Positions 26,529-39,680 are shown, counted from the whole stretch's first letter. The stretch: DNA of 63,695 nucleotides, filler included, from Octopus bimaculoides (GCF_001194135.2; 9 parts of 8 records of this genome joined end to end with filler, not necessarily neighbours in it), one strand, 5' to 3'. Numbers and translations are program-made. Notes: a model not told the origin generated them from the sequence alone.

Positions 26529-27237
26529 TCTGTTTTCTCCTTCTCCTCCACCTCCTCCTCCTCTACCTCCTCCACGTCCACTCCTTCATCTTCTTCTTCT
26601 TCTTCTTCTTCTTCTTTCTCCTCCTCTTCTTCTTCTTCTTCTTCTCCTTCTTCTTCTCCGTCTTTGTCCTCTTCCTCCACCTCGTCTTCCTCTTCCCTTC
26701 CTCCCCTCCTCTTCTACTTCCCCTCCTCCTCNNNNNNNNNNNNNNNNNNNNNNNNNNNNNNNNNNNNNNNNNNNNNNNNNNNNNNNNNNNNNNNNNNNNN
26801 NNNNNNNNNNNNNNNNNNNNNNNNNNNNNNNNNNNNNNNNNNNNNNNNNNNNNNNNNNNNNNNNNNNNNNNNNNNNNNNNNNNNNNNNNNNNNNNNNNNN
26901 NNNNNNNNNNNNNNNNNNNNNNNNNNNNNNNNNNNNNNNNNNNNNNNNNNNNNNNNNNNNNNNNNNNNNNNNNNNNNNNNNNNNNNNNNNNNNNNNNNNN
27001 NNNNNNNNNNNNNNNNNNNNNNNNNNNNNNNNNNNNNNNNNNNNNNNNNNNNNNNNNNNNNNNNNNNNNNNNNNNNNNNNNNNNNNNNNNNNNNNNNNNN
27101 NNNNNNNNNNNNNNNNNNNNNNNNNNNNNNNNNNNNNNNNNNNNNNNNNNNNNNNNNNNNNNNNNNNNNNNNNNNNNCGTCTCCTCCCCTCCGCCTTTTC
27201 CCCTCCGCCTCCTCCCCTCCGCCTCCTCCCCATCCGC
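26529..27237. repeat. (TCT)n/(TCC)n polypyrimidine tract spanning a gap
   Basis: Direct inspection; source of the poly-E/S/K/R ORFs. Confidence 0.9.
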
Positions 27238-27542
27238 CTCAGAACTTGAAGGCAAACGAAATGTCGCTAAGCATTTTGTCCGGCGCTAAAGATTCTTCCA
27301 GCTCACCGCCTTCTCTTAAATATTCATATTGGTTTTAAAATTTAGAAGAAGGCCAGTAATTTCGGGGGAGAAGGTAAGTCGATTGCATCGACCTCAGTGC
27401 TCAACTGGTACTTATTTTATCGTTCCGGAAGATGAAAGGCAAATTCAATCTGGGCGGAATTTGAAATCAGAAAGGTTAAGACGGACGAAATGCCACTAAG
27501 CAATTTGCTTGGCGTGTTAACGATTCTGCCAGCTCACCGCTT
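27238..27542 (-). mobile_element. SINE family B (full copy plus a second head)
   Basis: Minus GCGGTGAGCTGGCAGAATCGTTAAC and the central/tail domains. Confidence 0.8.
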
Positions 27543-27626
27543 TTATAAACATCTTTAATGCAGTAATGTGAAACTCGGAGTAATGCAGTGTAGATTATAT
27601 GTTTTAGTTATCGTCATTAAATTCTT

Positions 27627-27764
27627 GGATTGGCAGAATCGTTAGAATATCAGAAAAATATGTCCTTCGAATTTTGTGCTGGTTCTTTACATCCTGAATT
27701 AAAATCTCTTCGCTGCTAACTTGTGCTTTCATTCTTACGGTGTTGGATAAAATGTAGTAACAGT
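27627..27764 (+). mobile_element. Degenerate SINE family B
   Basis: TTGGCAGAATCGTTAG..CTTTCATTCTTACGGTGTTGGATAAAATG. Confidence 0.55.
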
Positions 27765-28074
27765 TACATACTGCGGTCGGGGGAGCCAAGCGACCCTTTA
27801 CAAAATTTCGGGCCTGGCGCCTAAATAAGCAACCATTTAAAACTATCCTTTATGTATTGAATACTTTCTCTTATGTTAGTATATACACACACACACACAC
27901 ACACATACGCATACATACATGCACACACACAAACACATAGCCACATACACACAGATAAATATGCACTCATATATAGATACACACACATATACACATACAC
28001 GGTGCACTTGTACATATAAATATGAAAGTGTGTGAATGAGTGCGTGTTTCTCTCTCTTTCTCAGCATATATATG

Positions 28075-28113
<39 letters not shown>

Positions 28114-28123
28114 NNNNNNNNNN

Positions 28124-28160
<37 letters not shown>

Positions 28161-28854
28161 GTAGTTTCCTTTCTCTGTGTCTCCCGGGCAAACAAATCTA
28201 TTCTTGTCTCCAAAATCGTATTTCTATATATTTATCTGTATCTAGTATAAACATACATAAATATGTTAGTTTTAATAATGCTTCACATGCTTCACTAGAT
28301 TACTTATATTAAGTTAATCTTAGAAATTCACGGCGCTCCTCTTGGAGTTTTAATGCATTAAACTTTGAAATGTCAAATCTAACGGAGGCGCCCTCTTCAT
28401 TCGTTTCGAGCTATTCACTTATGTCGCCACTTATGGAATTACTTTGATTGTGGAAGGATTCTTGCACGTTAACACACATGATTAGTTATAAGTTCCACCA
28501 AATCGTCTTGTGTGCATTTACGGCTCACAAAACAGCCAAACATACACATTCGAATTTACATATTCATAAAGTAGGTACGCACACATATCTTGACAGATTT
28601 GCATTTATACACATACAAACACACTCATAACTTTCACGTGTTAAGTAAATGTGCTCAATACATAATGAAGAGTAATTATGTTTATTATAGTGTAGCTTCC
28701 TCTCCCTCACTTCTCTAAAATTTCTGTCTGCCTGTCCGTCTGTCTGTCTGTCTATCTGTCTAGCTAGCTAGCTGGATAGCTCTGAAATAAGTACTAGTCA
28801 ATTACCTGGGTCGATGTAATCCACTAAACCCTTTCCCAATATTAGAAACACTTA

Positions 28855-29012
28855 GGGCGGCGAGCTGGCAGAATCGTTCAAATTCCGCTGTGGCCGACTT
28901 TGCTTTTCATCCTTCCAAGGTTCGATAAAATAAGTATCAGTTGAGCACTGTGATCGATCTAATCGACTTACCCCTCCACTAAATGGCGGGCCTTGTGCCA
29001 AAATTTGAAACA
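28855..29012 (+). mobile_element. SINE family B with internal deletion and 17-bp TSD
   Basis: CAGAATCGTT joined directly to CAAATTCCG; TSD AATATTAGAAACACTTA (28838-28854) / AATATCAGAAACACTTA (29013-29029). Confidence 0.85.
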
Positions 29013-29033
29013 AATATCAGAAACACTTATATA

Positions 29034-29147
29034 GTAGGCGTGACTGTGTGATAAGAAGCTTGCTTCCCAATCACATGACTCCATATTCAGTTCCACTGCG
29101 TGGCACCTTGGGCAAATGTCTTCTACCGAAACGAGTAAAAGATAAAA
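29034..29147 (+). mobile_element. SINE family A, head plus CORE fused to the extreme tail
   Basis: GGCACCTTGGGCAAATGTCTTCTAC followed directly by CGAAACGAGTAAAAGATAAAA. Confidence 0.75.
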
Positions 29148-29382
29148 AAGTAGCTGCTATAAAGACACCATTATGTAACTAGTATAAAAAACAATATTTC
29201 ACTCATAAATATTGTAAATGTTTTATTACGCAGCAAAGAGGAGTATTAAATAGTAGTTGTATAAACATAACTACATAGCTGTTGTAAAGATACTGTTATA
29301 TAGCGTTTGAAAACAAGGCATTTTTATATCTGACCAAGCTCTCATCTACTTCAAGTACTGCTTGATGAGGAAAGAGAGGTGT

Positions 29383-29637
<255 letters not shown>

Positions 29638-30714
29638 GATGCCTTTTAGTGTGTTTATTGAAAAGTTGTTTATTGAAAAGTCGATAAAAATAAAGTACCA
29701 GTCAAGGAAAAGGGTCGATGGCGGATTAGCAGAAAGCTGGGTTATCGAATACGTTATTCATCTAAGAATTTCATGACAATTCGTGCACAACAGGAATTAT
29801 CCGAGTAATGACGATATCTACATCGATAGTGAATAGAACAACAACCAAAATATCGGTCGTTCGAATCACGGAACCAGCTGCCAGGCTGCGAACATGACTA
29901 CAGTACATTTTAAATTTATCTATTCATCCAATGTAGTGGTCAGCAACCAGATGGTGCGATCACTGGTGGTTGTCGTGGGCAGTAACAAGCAAACGACAGC
30001 GTAACAACCGATAAAACATTTCGTTAACCAGCTGCGTAGAACCAGCGACTCGTAACACGATAGAAACGCCAGGAAATGTGGCGCTTCTTTCAATTATACC
30101 AGTGGTTACTTATACAAACACTACCACCATCACGGCCATCAGTACCACTACCGGACACACACTCTAGAGTGGATAGCAACATAAATGAAGGCTTGTCTTA
30201 TTTGTTGGGCATCACGCACGATTACGTTCTCCACAAAACTGTCCTCCAGCTATTATCAATTATAACGTTGTTTCGCTTCGAAACAGGTTCGCGTGACAAA
30301 TGTCCAAAAAAGACAGCTGAAAGGCGCTTGAGAACGTCCGATAGTTACAGAATCTAGGAGCGATTCAATGGAAATGTCACTGTCTCCATTTTAATTNNNN
30401 NNNNNNNNNNNNNNNNNNNNNNNNNNNNNNNNNNNNNNNNNNNNNNNNNNNNNNNNNNNNNNNNNNNNNNNNNNNNNNNNNNNNNNNNNNNNNNNNNNNN
30501 NNNNNNNNNNNNNNNNNNNNNNNNNNNNNNNNNNNNNNNNNNNNNNNNNNNNNNNNNNNNNNNNNNNNNNNNNNNNNNNNNNNNNNNNNNNNNNNNNNNN
30601 NNNNNNNNNNNNNNNNNNNNNNNAGGAAATGTCTGTTGTGTGCTGGAACAAAACCTACTTCCATCGTAACAGTCCGTCACAAAAGCTTATAAAAATACCC
30701 CCTTCTCCCCGTCT

Positions 30715-31040
30715 CCCATCTCTCTCTCCTTGTCTCTTTCTCCTTGTCTCTCTCTCCTTGTCTCTCTCTCCTTGTCTCTCTCTCCTTTTCTCTCTCTCCT
30801 TGTCTCTCTCTCCTTGTCTCTCTCTCCTTGTCTCTCTCTCTCTCCTTGTCTCTCTCTCTCTACTTGTCTCTCTCTTTCCTTGGCTCTCTCCTTTTCTCTC
30901 TCCTTTTCGCTCCCTTTCTCTCTCTCTCTCCTTCTCTCTCTCTCTCCTTCTCTCTCTCTTCCTCTCTCTCTCTGTGCTTAAGTCTTTTATCTCAGCGTCT
31001 ATGTATCTAACCTTGTCTCTCTCTCTCTCACTCTCTCTCT
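30715..31040. repeat. CT-rich tandem repeat (CCTTGTCTCTCTCT-like unit) grading into (CT)n
   Basis: Direct inspection. Confidence 0.85.
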
Positions 31041-31365
31041 CTTACTTATGTATTTATATAAACATACACACACACACACACACATATATATATACATATG
31101 TATATTTAACACGAATATATATATATATATATATATATGCTTATATATATTTGTATCTTTGTATAATATGTGCGTATATATGTATATAAATATATATTCA
31201 TATATATATGTATACGTTATGTATATATACATTTATATATATATATATGTATACACACACACACTCATACACACACATGAGTACCCAGATATTTCTCTAA
31301 ATATACACACACACACACACACATACATAAGGATCTGTATAACGGTCTCTTTCTCTTTCTTTCTT

Positions 31366-31442
<77 letters not shown>

Positions 31443-32127
31443 NNNNNNNNNNNNNNNNNNNNNNNNNNNNNNNNNNNNNNNNNNNNNNNNNNNNNNNNNN
31501 NNNNNNNNNNNNNNNNNNNNNNNNNNNNNNNNNNNNNNNNNNNNNNNNNNNNNNNNNNNNNNNNNNNNNNNNNNNNNNNNNNNNNNNNNNNNNNNNNNNN
31601 NNNNNNNNNNNNNNNNNNNNNNNNNNNNNNNNNNNNNNNNNNNNNNNNNNNNNNNNNNNNNNNNNNNNNNNNNNNNNNNNNNNNNNNNNNNNNNNNNNNN
31701 NNNNNNNNNNNNNNNNNNNNNNNNNNNNNNNNNNNNNNNNNNNNNNNNNNNNNNNNNNNNNNNNNNNNNNNNNNNNNNNNNNNNNNNNNNNNNNNNNNNN
31801 NNNNNNNNNNNNNNNNNNNNNNNNNNNNNNNNNNNNNNNNNNNNNNNNNNNNNNNNNNNNNNNNNNNNNNNNNNNNNNNNNNNNNNNNNNNNNNNNNNNN
31901 NNNNNNNNNNNNNNNNNNNNNNNNNNNNNNNNNNNNNNNNNNNNNNNNNNNNNNNNNNNNNNNNNNNNNNNNNNNNNNNNNNNNNNNNNNNNNNNNNNNN
32001 NNNNNNNNNNNNNNNNNNNNNNNNNNNNNNNNNNNNNNNNNNNNNNNNNNNNNNNNNNNNNNNNNNNNNNNNNNNNNNNNNNNNNNNNNNNNNNNNNNNN
32101 NNNNNNNNNNNNNNNNNNNNNNNNNNN

Positions 32128-32167
<40 letters not shown>

Positions 32168-32679
32168 GATGTACGTCGGCATAACATAAAAATCCTAGAT
32201 ACATACGTATATTCACACACATACATATACATACGCACACACATACGCACACACATAAATTGAGAGAAAAAGAAAACGAGATAAAAAGTGACACTGAAAA
32301 ACGAGAATGAGACAATGAGAGAAAGGGAGACAAATACCAACAGAAAATACATAAAAATATATTTTAAACATTTCATTAACAATGGAAAAATGAGACATTT
32401 AGAAGTGAATCTTGTATAAGAAATACACTATCATCATGATAAGGAATGGCATTGTGTCTTTACACATGCAGCTGTGTGTATCGATATATATACGTGTGTG
32501 TGTGTTTGTGTGTGTATGTGTATGTGTGTGTGCGTGTGTGTTTGTCTGCGTGCGTGTACAAGTATGCATTGTATATCCACATATATCACGTATATTGACG
32601 TGTGCTTTTAATGTGCGCTTTTATACATATAGTTATACACGCACACACATATATGCATGCATGCAGATACACGCAAGCA

Positions 32680-32748
<69 letters not shown>

Positions 32749-32889
32749 GTCTGTCTACTTTTCTGTTTTTCTCTGTGCGTGTGTGTGTGTATTTATATTA
32801 ATATTTGTTTTTATGTTATACTAAAAACAATTTTACATTAAATTGAAGGATTACTCAATGAATTTATTTTTTTACAAAAATAGTATTGA

Positions 32890-32932
32890 CAGTGACTTCG
32901 AAGTTTCGGCCAGTTAAGCCATCATGTAACTG
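32890..32932 (-). ncRNA. Degenerate minimal hammerhead-like motif
   Basis: Minus CAGU-UACAUGA-U-GGCU(UAACU)GGCC-GAAAC-UUCGAA-GUC-ACUG; stems I-III intact, core mutated. Confidence 0.4.
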
Positions 32933-33127
32933 TTTTGTATATATATATATATCGAAAAATAAAGAGAGAGAGACGTCACTAAAGTGACAGAGGGTATTCA
33001 GTGGCACCGGCATTGTTAGAAATAATGGTCAAACTGACTTACTATCCACAAGAGGGCAAACCTTCAGGTTGTTAAGTTGCTAATAAGCCACCCATATTAT
33101 ATACATATATATATATATATATACACA

Positions 33128-33372
33128 CACGTGACACAGAGTGTGACAAGACCAGCCCTTTGAAATACAGGTACAACAGAAACAGGAAGAAAGAGTGAGA
33201 GAAAGTTGTAGTGAAATAGTACAGCAGGGTTCTCCACCATCTCCTGCCGGAGCCTCGTAGAACTTTAGGTATTTTCGCTCAATAAACACTCACAACGTCC
33301 GGTCTGGGAATCGAAAGCGCAATCCTACGACCGCGAGCCCGCTGCCCCAACCGCTGGGCCATTGCGCCTCCA
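33128..33372 (-). mobile_element. SINE family C, 3'-truncated
   Basis: Minus GGAGGCGCAATGGCCCAGCGGTTGGGG..GCTTTCGATTCCCAGACCGG. Confidence 0.85.
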
Positions 33373-33463
33373 CATTTGTGGAAGATAGACAACTGTTCGA
33401 TGCACAAAATGTTCGAAGCTTTCAATCTTTCGTTCACATCAAGAGTTGATATATTGTCTTGTT

Positions 33464-33495
33464 GGGTAGGGTTAGGGTTAGGGTTAGGGTTAGGG
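33464..33495 (+). repeat. Interstitial telomere-like (TTAGGG)4 tract with six G3 runs
   Basis: GGGTAGGGTTAGGGTTAGGGTTAGGGTTAGGG. Confidence 0.9.
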
Positions 33496-34325
33496 TTTCG
33501 TTCGTGTTCGTGTTTATTCCCGCTAAGTGTTGTTGCCAAGATTTCTATTTGGTGCAGTTAAAATGTTTGTGTTTTCTTTTAGCTCCTGTTTATTAAGTAA
33601 TGATTTGCGTTAGAATATTTTTAAAATCTTGTCTTTTTTTGGTTAATTTATGTGTGACAGGCATTATTTTATGCAATCATCAATTTTTCTGTTTTGCAGC
33701 CGTCGCATGAATGTTGACGGCAATATATATATATTATTGTCAGTGATGTAAGAAAAAGAACTTTGTCTAAGAATAAAACAAATCTTATGATGTTTTTTGA
33801 CAACCTCTGTACGATGAGGAATCTCCAAAATGTAAGAAGTCGCATGTATGTGAGTATTTTTGGTAAAAACTATTACGGCATCTGGAAAATACTTTGACTT
33901 CGGAGAGCGGTTTGTAAAACAAGTCTACTTAGTCAGCAGTAAATAGCAACAACAACAACAACAACAAAAACAACAATAATAATGATGCGCAGAGAAACTG
34001 AACTCAAGTCCAACATCCCTGGCTCCATATACGCAAAATAGCGATTAGTTCAGTTGATATAAGTCTGTCAAATTTAAATTATTCTCTACTATAACAACAT
34101 CAGCAATAGCAACAACAACTTCTACTACAACTACTACTACTACAACTATTGTATTTTGTGTTCAACATGTAATAACTTCCTTTATTTTTATCTAAGAATT
34201 AAGTAAAAGTTGAAAAAAATGATAGAAATGTCTCAAACTGCAGATGGCAGATGGAAAACTCAATTGTATAAGTGTTTAGTTTGGGTTTTAGCAAGATAAG
34301 AATAAATAATTGTAAACAGAATTTT

Positions 34326-34357
<32 letters not shown>

Positions 34358-34476
34358 ACACACGTATGGTGAATGCGTACATATAAAATTATTTATGACA
34401 CGCACGCACGTGCACATATGTTCAGGCAAAAACATATGGATGTATGCAGATATCTTTGTGTGTGTGCGAGTATGTG

Positions 34477-34520
<44 letters not shown>

Positions 34521-34701
34521 TAAATGTCATATAATCTTGCACATACATGCACATATAAGCTTATATATATATCAAAACTGAATATGAATACACAACCACA
34601 CATGATACCCAACCACACTCNNNNNNNNNNNNNNNNNNNNNNNNNNNNNNNNNNNNNNNNNNNNNNNNNNNNNNNNNNNNNNNNNNNNNNNNNNNNNNNN
34701 N

Positions 34702-34733
<32 letters not shown>

Positions 34734-35263
34734 TTATTACTATTGTTATTATTATTATTATATATGGTAGAAATATTTCCTATAAATATATGTATATATA
34801 TGTGTGTGTATAAAAATGCATATGCACATATATGGATATGTATAAAAACAAAACAATGGAAAACTCAACAAGTTTCCTAGAATTTATACTTATTTATATT
34901 AATACGAAGGCGTTATATCACATTGCTTAAAATTTCACAGAAGTTAGAAAACATTCATGATAGTTCGGAAGACGTTTCACTCGAACACACACGTACCCCT
35001 ACCTCCGCGCAGCCCACATATACGATTAATAAAATGTATGATTATATCTTATAAACCCGATTTACCAGTCAGCTTCATACCAGAAAGTTGAGTAAAAAAC
35101 CCCGCAGTCATCAAAAAGGGATATCATACTTCTGTTAGACTTTACTGATGATTACCATGGCTGTTTTTCTCGACTTTCTGGTATGAAACAGATTTGTAGA
35201 TCAGCTGCTATGAGACGATAATATTGTAGTTTTATTAATATGAGTGTCCATTTTTTAATTCCG

Positions 35264-35307
<44 letters not shown>

Positions 35308-35553
35308 GTCTACCTGTCTGTCTACCTGTCTGTCTACCTGTCTGTCTGTCTACCTGTCTGTCTGTCTGTCTGTCTATACATACATACATACGTACATACA
35401 TACTTATATATAGTTATATCTATCTGTCTATCTACACACACACACGCACGCACGCACACACACACATACACACACAAAGAGTTGAAATTTATAGAAAAAA
35501 ACAAGAGACTAAGACAGGTGTATTAGTTTGACGCTCGCGAAAAATGGAAAAGT

Positions 35554-35589
35554 CTTTCACGTTTCGAGCCTACGCTCTTCAACAGAAAG
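35554..35589 (-). ncRNA. Second copy of the U6 hammerhead-like motif (G at position 17)
   Basis: Minus CUUU-CUGUUGA-A-GAGC(GUAG)GCUC-GAAAC-GUG-AAAG. Confidence 0.4.
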
Positions 35590-36873
35590 GAATAATAGAA
35601 AAAGTTCAAAAGTCGTGGTAGATTGGAGCGATTTACATCAAGGAAAAAATCCAGTGAAATATATATATGGTACTGTCCAGGTGTCGAAACTATAATGATA
35701 TTAGTATGAGCAGCTGGTAACGGGAACGCTCAAATGCTTTGCTCGATTGTGAATTTCTTATATCTTGGTCTCGTATTTCTGGACTGTTCTTCGTTCTTGT
35801 AGAGTGGAAAATGTTTGCGGATTCATAGTTTATGGGGATCACTGACATTGGCATTGCATAATTTTCTTTATCGGTAATCTAATTTGGTTTGAACAAGGTT
35901 TAGATAATGGCATCTAATTTTTGGACGGTTCTGTGGGATTCTGTAAAGGTTTCTTTTCCCAAATGTTTACTCCCAAAGATTTGATCAACCAGAGCTCATG
36001 TTAGATTGCTTTTCCCCCTGAAGCGCAGCGCAGTAGTAGATCGAACCCGGATCCACGGGTGGTTCTGCAGTACAGAATTCTCAATCGCGCCACTATAATT
36101 TGTATAAAGCATTAATTTATTTCGCTTGTTCTTCAATTCTATTATTTTTAAAACGCCTCCTGTCTCTGCTCTTTGAATAATCAGCAAAATATAAACATCA
36201 TCTCACACGTCGATGAATAATCTCTACGATCAACTGATATTGATGAGATGTTCGCATGTAACAATAGGTTTTCACATTATCGCGTTTCTAACGATTCTTT
36301 GACAAGTGCAATTCTATCGTCATTAAGAAGTGAATATCAAGCAATTAGCTGGCTTTTACCAAGAGGTTTATGTTTCAATAAAATATTTAATGAAACACGT
36401 TGAGCCGCAGTAACGAAATAATTATCATGAAAGCGATTGTTCGTATCAGAACACATTGCTCTTCATGTGACACAATCACAACCTCACCGTCCCATCCTTA
36501 CCATAAAATTAAGCAATTGAATAATCACTTTTTTAAAATACAATAATGAAATAATTCCATTGATATGTTTTGTTTTAGAGATACACCAGCAATATGGATA
36601 TATTTCCGTCTGTTTGGACGACGTATACATACATACATACATACATACATACAAACTCATACATAAATGCACACATTCATGCAAACAAACGCAGAGATAT
36701 ACGTACGCATACATGTATACGCACATGCATATATAGTGTGCATACGCACGCACAGGTACACGCATCCGCACATATATTTACATCTGAAAGCGCTCACAAA
36801 GAACAATAACTTAATTATCCACCCACATGGCTTAGTCAACAGGTACTTCTCAATTGCATTATCTATCTCTCTC

Positions 36874-36952
<79 letters not shown>

Positions 36953-36970
36953 CCTCTCTCTCTTTCTACA

Positions 36971-37134
36971 GGTGTAGCCATCGCCGAGTAGTTAAGGAGT
37001 TCGCTTCGTTATCAACATGTTCCGGGATCGATCTTGCTGTGTGGTCTGTTGGGGAAAGGTCTTTACAGCAATCTTAGGTTGACCCATGTCTTGTGAATGA
37101 AACTGTGCAGATGGAATCTGTGTAGAGATCCATC
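36971..37134 (+). mobile_element. Old, diverged SINE family A head plus CORE
   Basis: GCCGAGTAGTTAAGGAGTTCGCTTC..CCGGGATCGATC..GGGGAAAGGTCTT..CTTGTGAATGAA. Confidence 0.5.
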
Positions 37135-38544
37135 GATTGGATTGTAGCTGTGTTTCAAAGATCTAGCCTTGTGAGTTGCAGCGCGCACGAAGCTTCAAGC
37201 AACGTGGTGTTGAGCCAAACCGTTATTAAATACTTATAACACCAGCCAGATGTCGTGTTCAGTGCTGATCACCTCTTTAATGCCTATGTAGAAATATGAC
37301 CCAAAATGGATACTTACTTGACCTACTAGAAATAGCAGCCAAACCTGCCTGCTGCTGATCATAGATTTTTGTCCATCAGGTTTGATCTGAGGCCAAGTAA
37401 CAACAACAACAACAGCAGCTACAATAGCAACAACCGCAGCAACAAAAACGACAGCAACAGCAGTAGCAACAACCAACAGCAACACCATTGCATGCAGGCA
37501 GAGATAAATGAAATCGATAACATCACCAACGATAATAATAATAACTATAACAACTCACGGTGCCATATGGAAGGATTCATTTCTTGAAAATACGAGATGG
37601 AATAGAAATCAGCCAATGTTAACCAAGGAAAACCAAAATAAATAAATAAATAAATAAATGAAGCAATAAATAAATAAATAAATAAAAAACAGCGCGGTAA
37701 GAACCTGTAAAGAGAGCAAAAATAGAAAAAATTGAAGAAAACGAAAAGATGTAATGTCAGATTGCAGGTAGAGCAGGAGTATAATAAATAAATAAAAAAG
37801 AGCAAGTAAGAGTAATAGTAGTTAGCAATAAAGAGTGCCATAAAACATGTAGAAAATCAAAGAACAAGAACTCAAAGACGGAACAGAAAATTTAATGTAA
37901 TAAATTACATGAAAATAAAACAATATCTAGCCACCCGCCACGCAATATTTCTTACGACATAAAATATTTCAAGTGGATTAAAATGACTGAAAGAGGAATT
38001 ATTAAATGAAGTAAGTGGGGTGGAGAGAGAAGTAGAAAGAAAGAAAGAAAGAAAGAAGAAAGAAACAAGCAAAGAAGAAGAATGTTGTTCAGCTGATGTA
38101 TATGTAAGAGCAACGAAATAAAACTGAAGATCTGAAAAAAAAGAAAAATGTCGAGAAATGTCGGAATACAATTGAAAGTCATTTGAGTCAAAGGGGAAGT
38201 AGGTGAGGGGTGGAATCTACGTGATCATTTGATCTGTTAGAAATAGTAACTAAATCTCTTTCAAACCAATTCCTGCTACTTAGAAATGGTGATCTACATT
38301 GGATAACGTCGCCATAGTGACACTATGTTCGAATAAAGACAATGTGTTGGCAGAATCTTTAGAGCGTCGCATATGGCACCTTGTGGTGTTCGGTCTAACT
38401 TTTTCAACTCCCAGTTCAAATCATATCGAATTCAATTTTGTCTTTCATCTTTACGGCAATGATAAGTTACCACCCCAGTCTTGGGGGCGATTTTCACCTT
38501 TTCTCTCTCCTTGGATTGTGTCTGTAATATAAAGATCGATTCCG

Positions 38545-38753
38545 TGACGGCAAGCCGACAGAATCGTTAGCAGGCCAGTCAAAATACTTAGAAGCATTTC
38601 ATCGGTTTTTCTATGTTCCGAGTTCAAATTCCGCCGAGGTCAGCTATGCTTTTCATCCTTTCGATTTAAGTGCCAGTTAAGTACTGGGGTGGATGTAAGC
38701 GACTTACTCCTCGCCTAAAATTGCTGGCCTTGTGCAAAAATTTGAAACCAGTA
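38545..38753 (+). mobile_element. SINE family B
   Basis: ACAGAATCGTTAGC, GAGTTCAAATTCCGCCGAGG, tail GGCCTTGTGCAAAAATTTGAAACC. Confidence 0.8.
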
Positions 38754-39479
38754 TAGAGATCCATTCTCTTTACTTTGTGTCATGCTGATTTGGCCAGACA
38801 AATGCGCCAAGGGTATCCGTATCAGCGAAACATTTACCCATTTACGCTTTTATTTCATGAGTAGAGAGCAGATATTCATTTTGTTATACAATTGAATGGT
38901 ATTTGTTATTCAAGTTGAATGGAAAGACATTTGGTCGAACGACTGAACGCCCATCGTCGAAACCGACGGAGAAACCACAAAGCCTGAACGGTAATGTAGT
39001 ATGGGTATAGCCACAAGGATTGTTGTTCTGAGCGCAACATTTCAAAAGAAGAAAATAGGGTAGTAATAACAATAAGAAATTGCACACCCTCCTTGCAGGA
39101 CTTGCACTGGTAAACCATGCTATGCACCGTTCCCAGAATACAATCCTTCTAAATACTGTACTGCTCCAAAAAGGACCGTTTTGATCGACTGGCGATGTCT
39201 CACTTACTATGCCACTAACAAAACATAACCAACCAAATAATGTTCCTTTTCTCTTCTCTTTCGTACAACTTCTGGCCTTATATCCGAATTAGTTTACTAT
39301 TATTGCCTTGACACCTACCCCTAATATAACCGCCAAACCGGACACTGAACATCTTCGCTGTTTATGTTGATCTACAGAATTACGGTCTCACTCACCTAGG
39401 GGAAGAGAACCTGCTGACGGCATCAGTCACAAATTAAAGACTCAGTGCATGAAACGACACACAATATCTCTCCCCAGCT

Positions 39480-39680
39480 ACATCTTCCCGCCGTCATCAG
39501 CCAATCTCGCGTTTTTCACCATCTTTTCTTCTCAACCTATTCCTTGATATTACCCTATCACCCCACCTTTTTAGTGGTCTTCTTGTACATCTACCTTAAT
39601 TATATTCGTCAAAAAGCCTGTTGTTGTTTAATCCTCAAGCCATCCTTGATAACGTAGATCTATGGTCAAACCCTTTCCAA
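39480..39680 (-). mobile_element. Possible RTE-like LINE ORF2 C-terminal remnant
   Basis: Minus RRPLKRWGD resembles the GRP..RW.D motif; short and degraded. Confidence 0.3.

Noticed and set aside
26336-26680. Poly-Glu protein ORF
   Set aside because: Reverse strand of a (TCT/TCC)n tract plus a SINE head
34967-34985. GAAAC-GUC hammerhead half (minus strand)
   Set aside because: No CUGANGA-like core upstream
37369-37587. Asn/Gln-rich 72-aa ORF
   Set aside because: Explained by (CAA/CAG/TAA)n repeats; no ATG start or splice support
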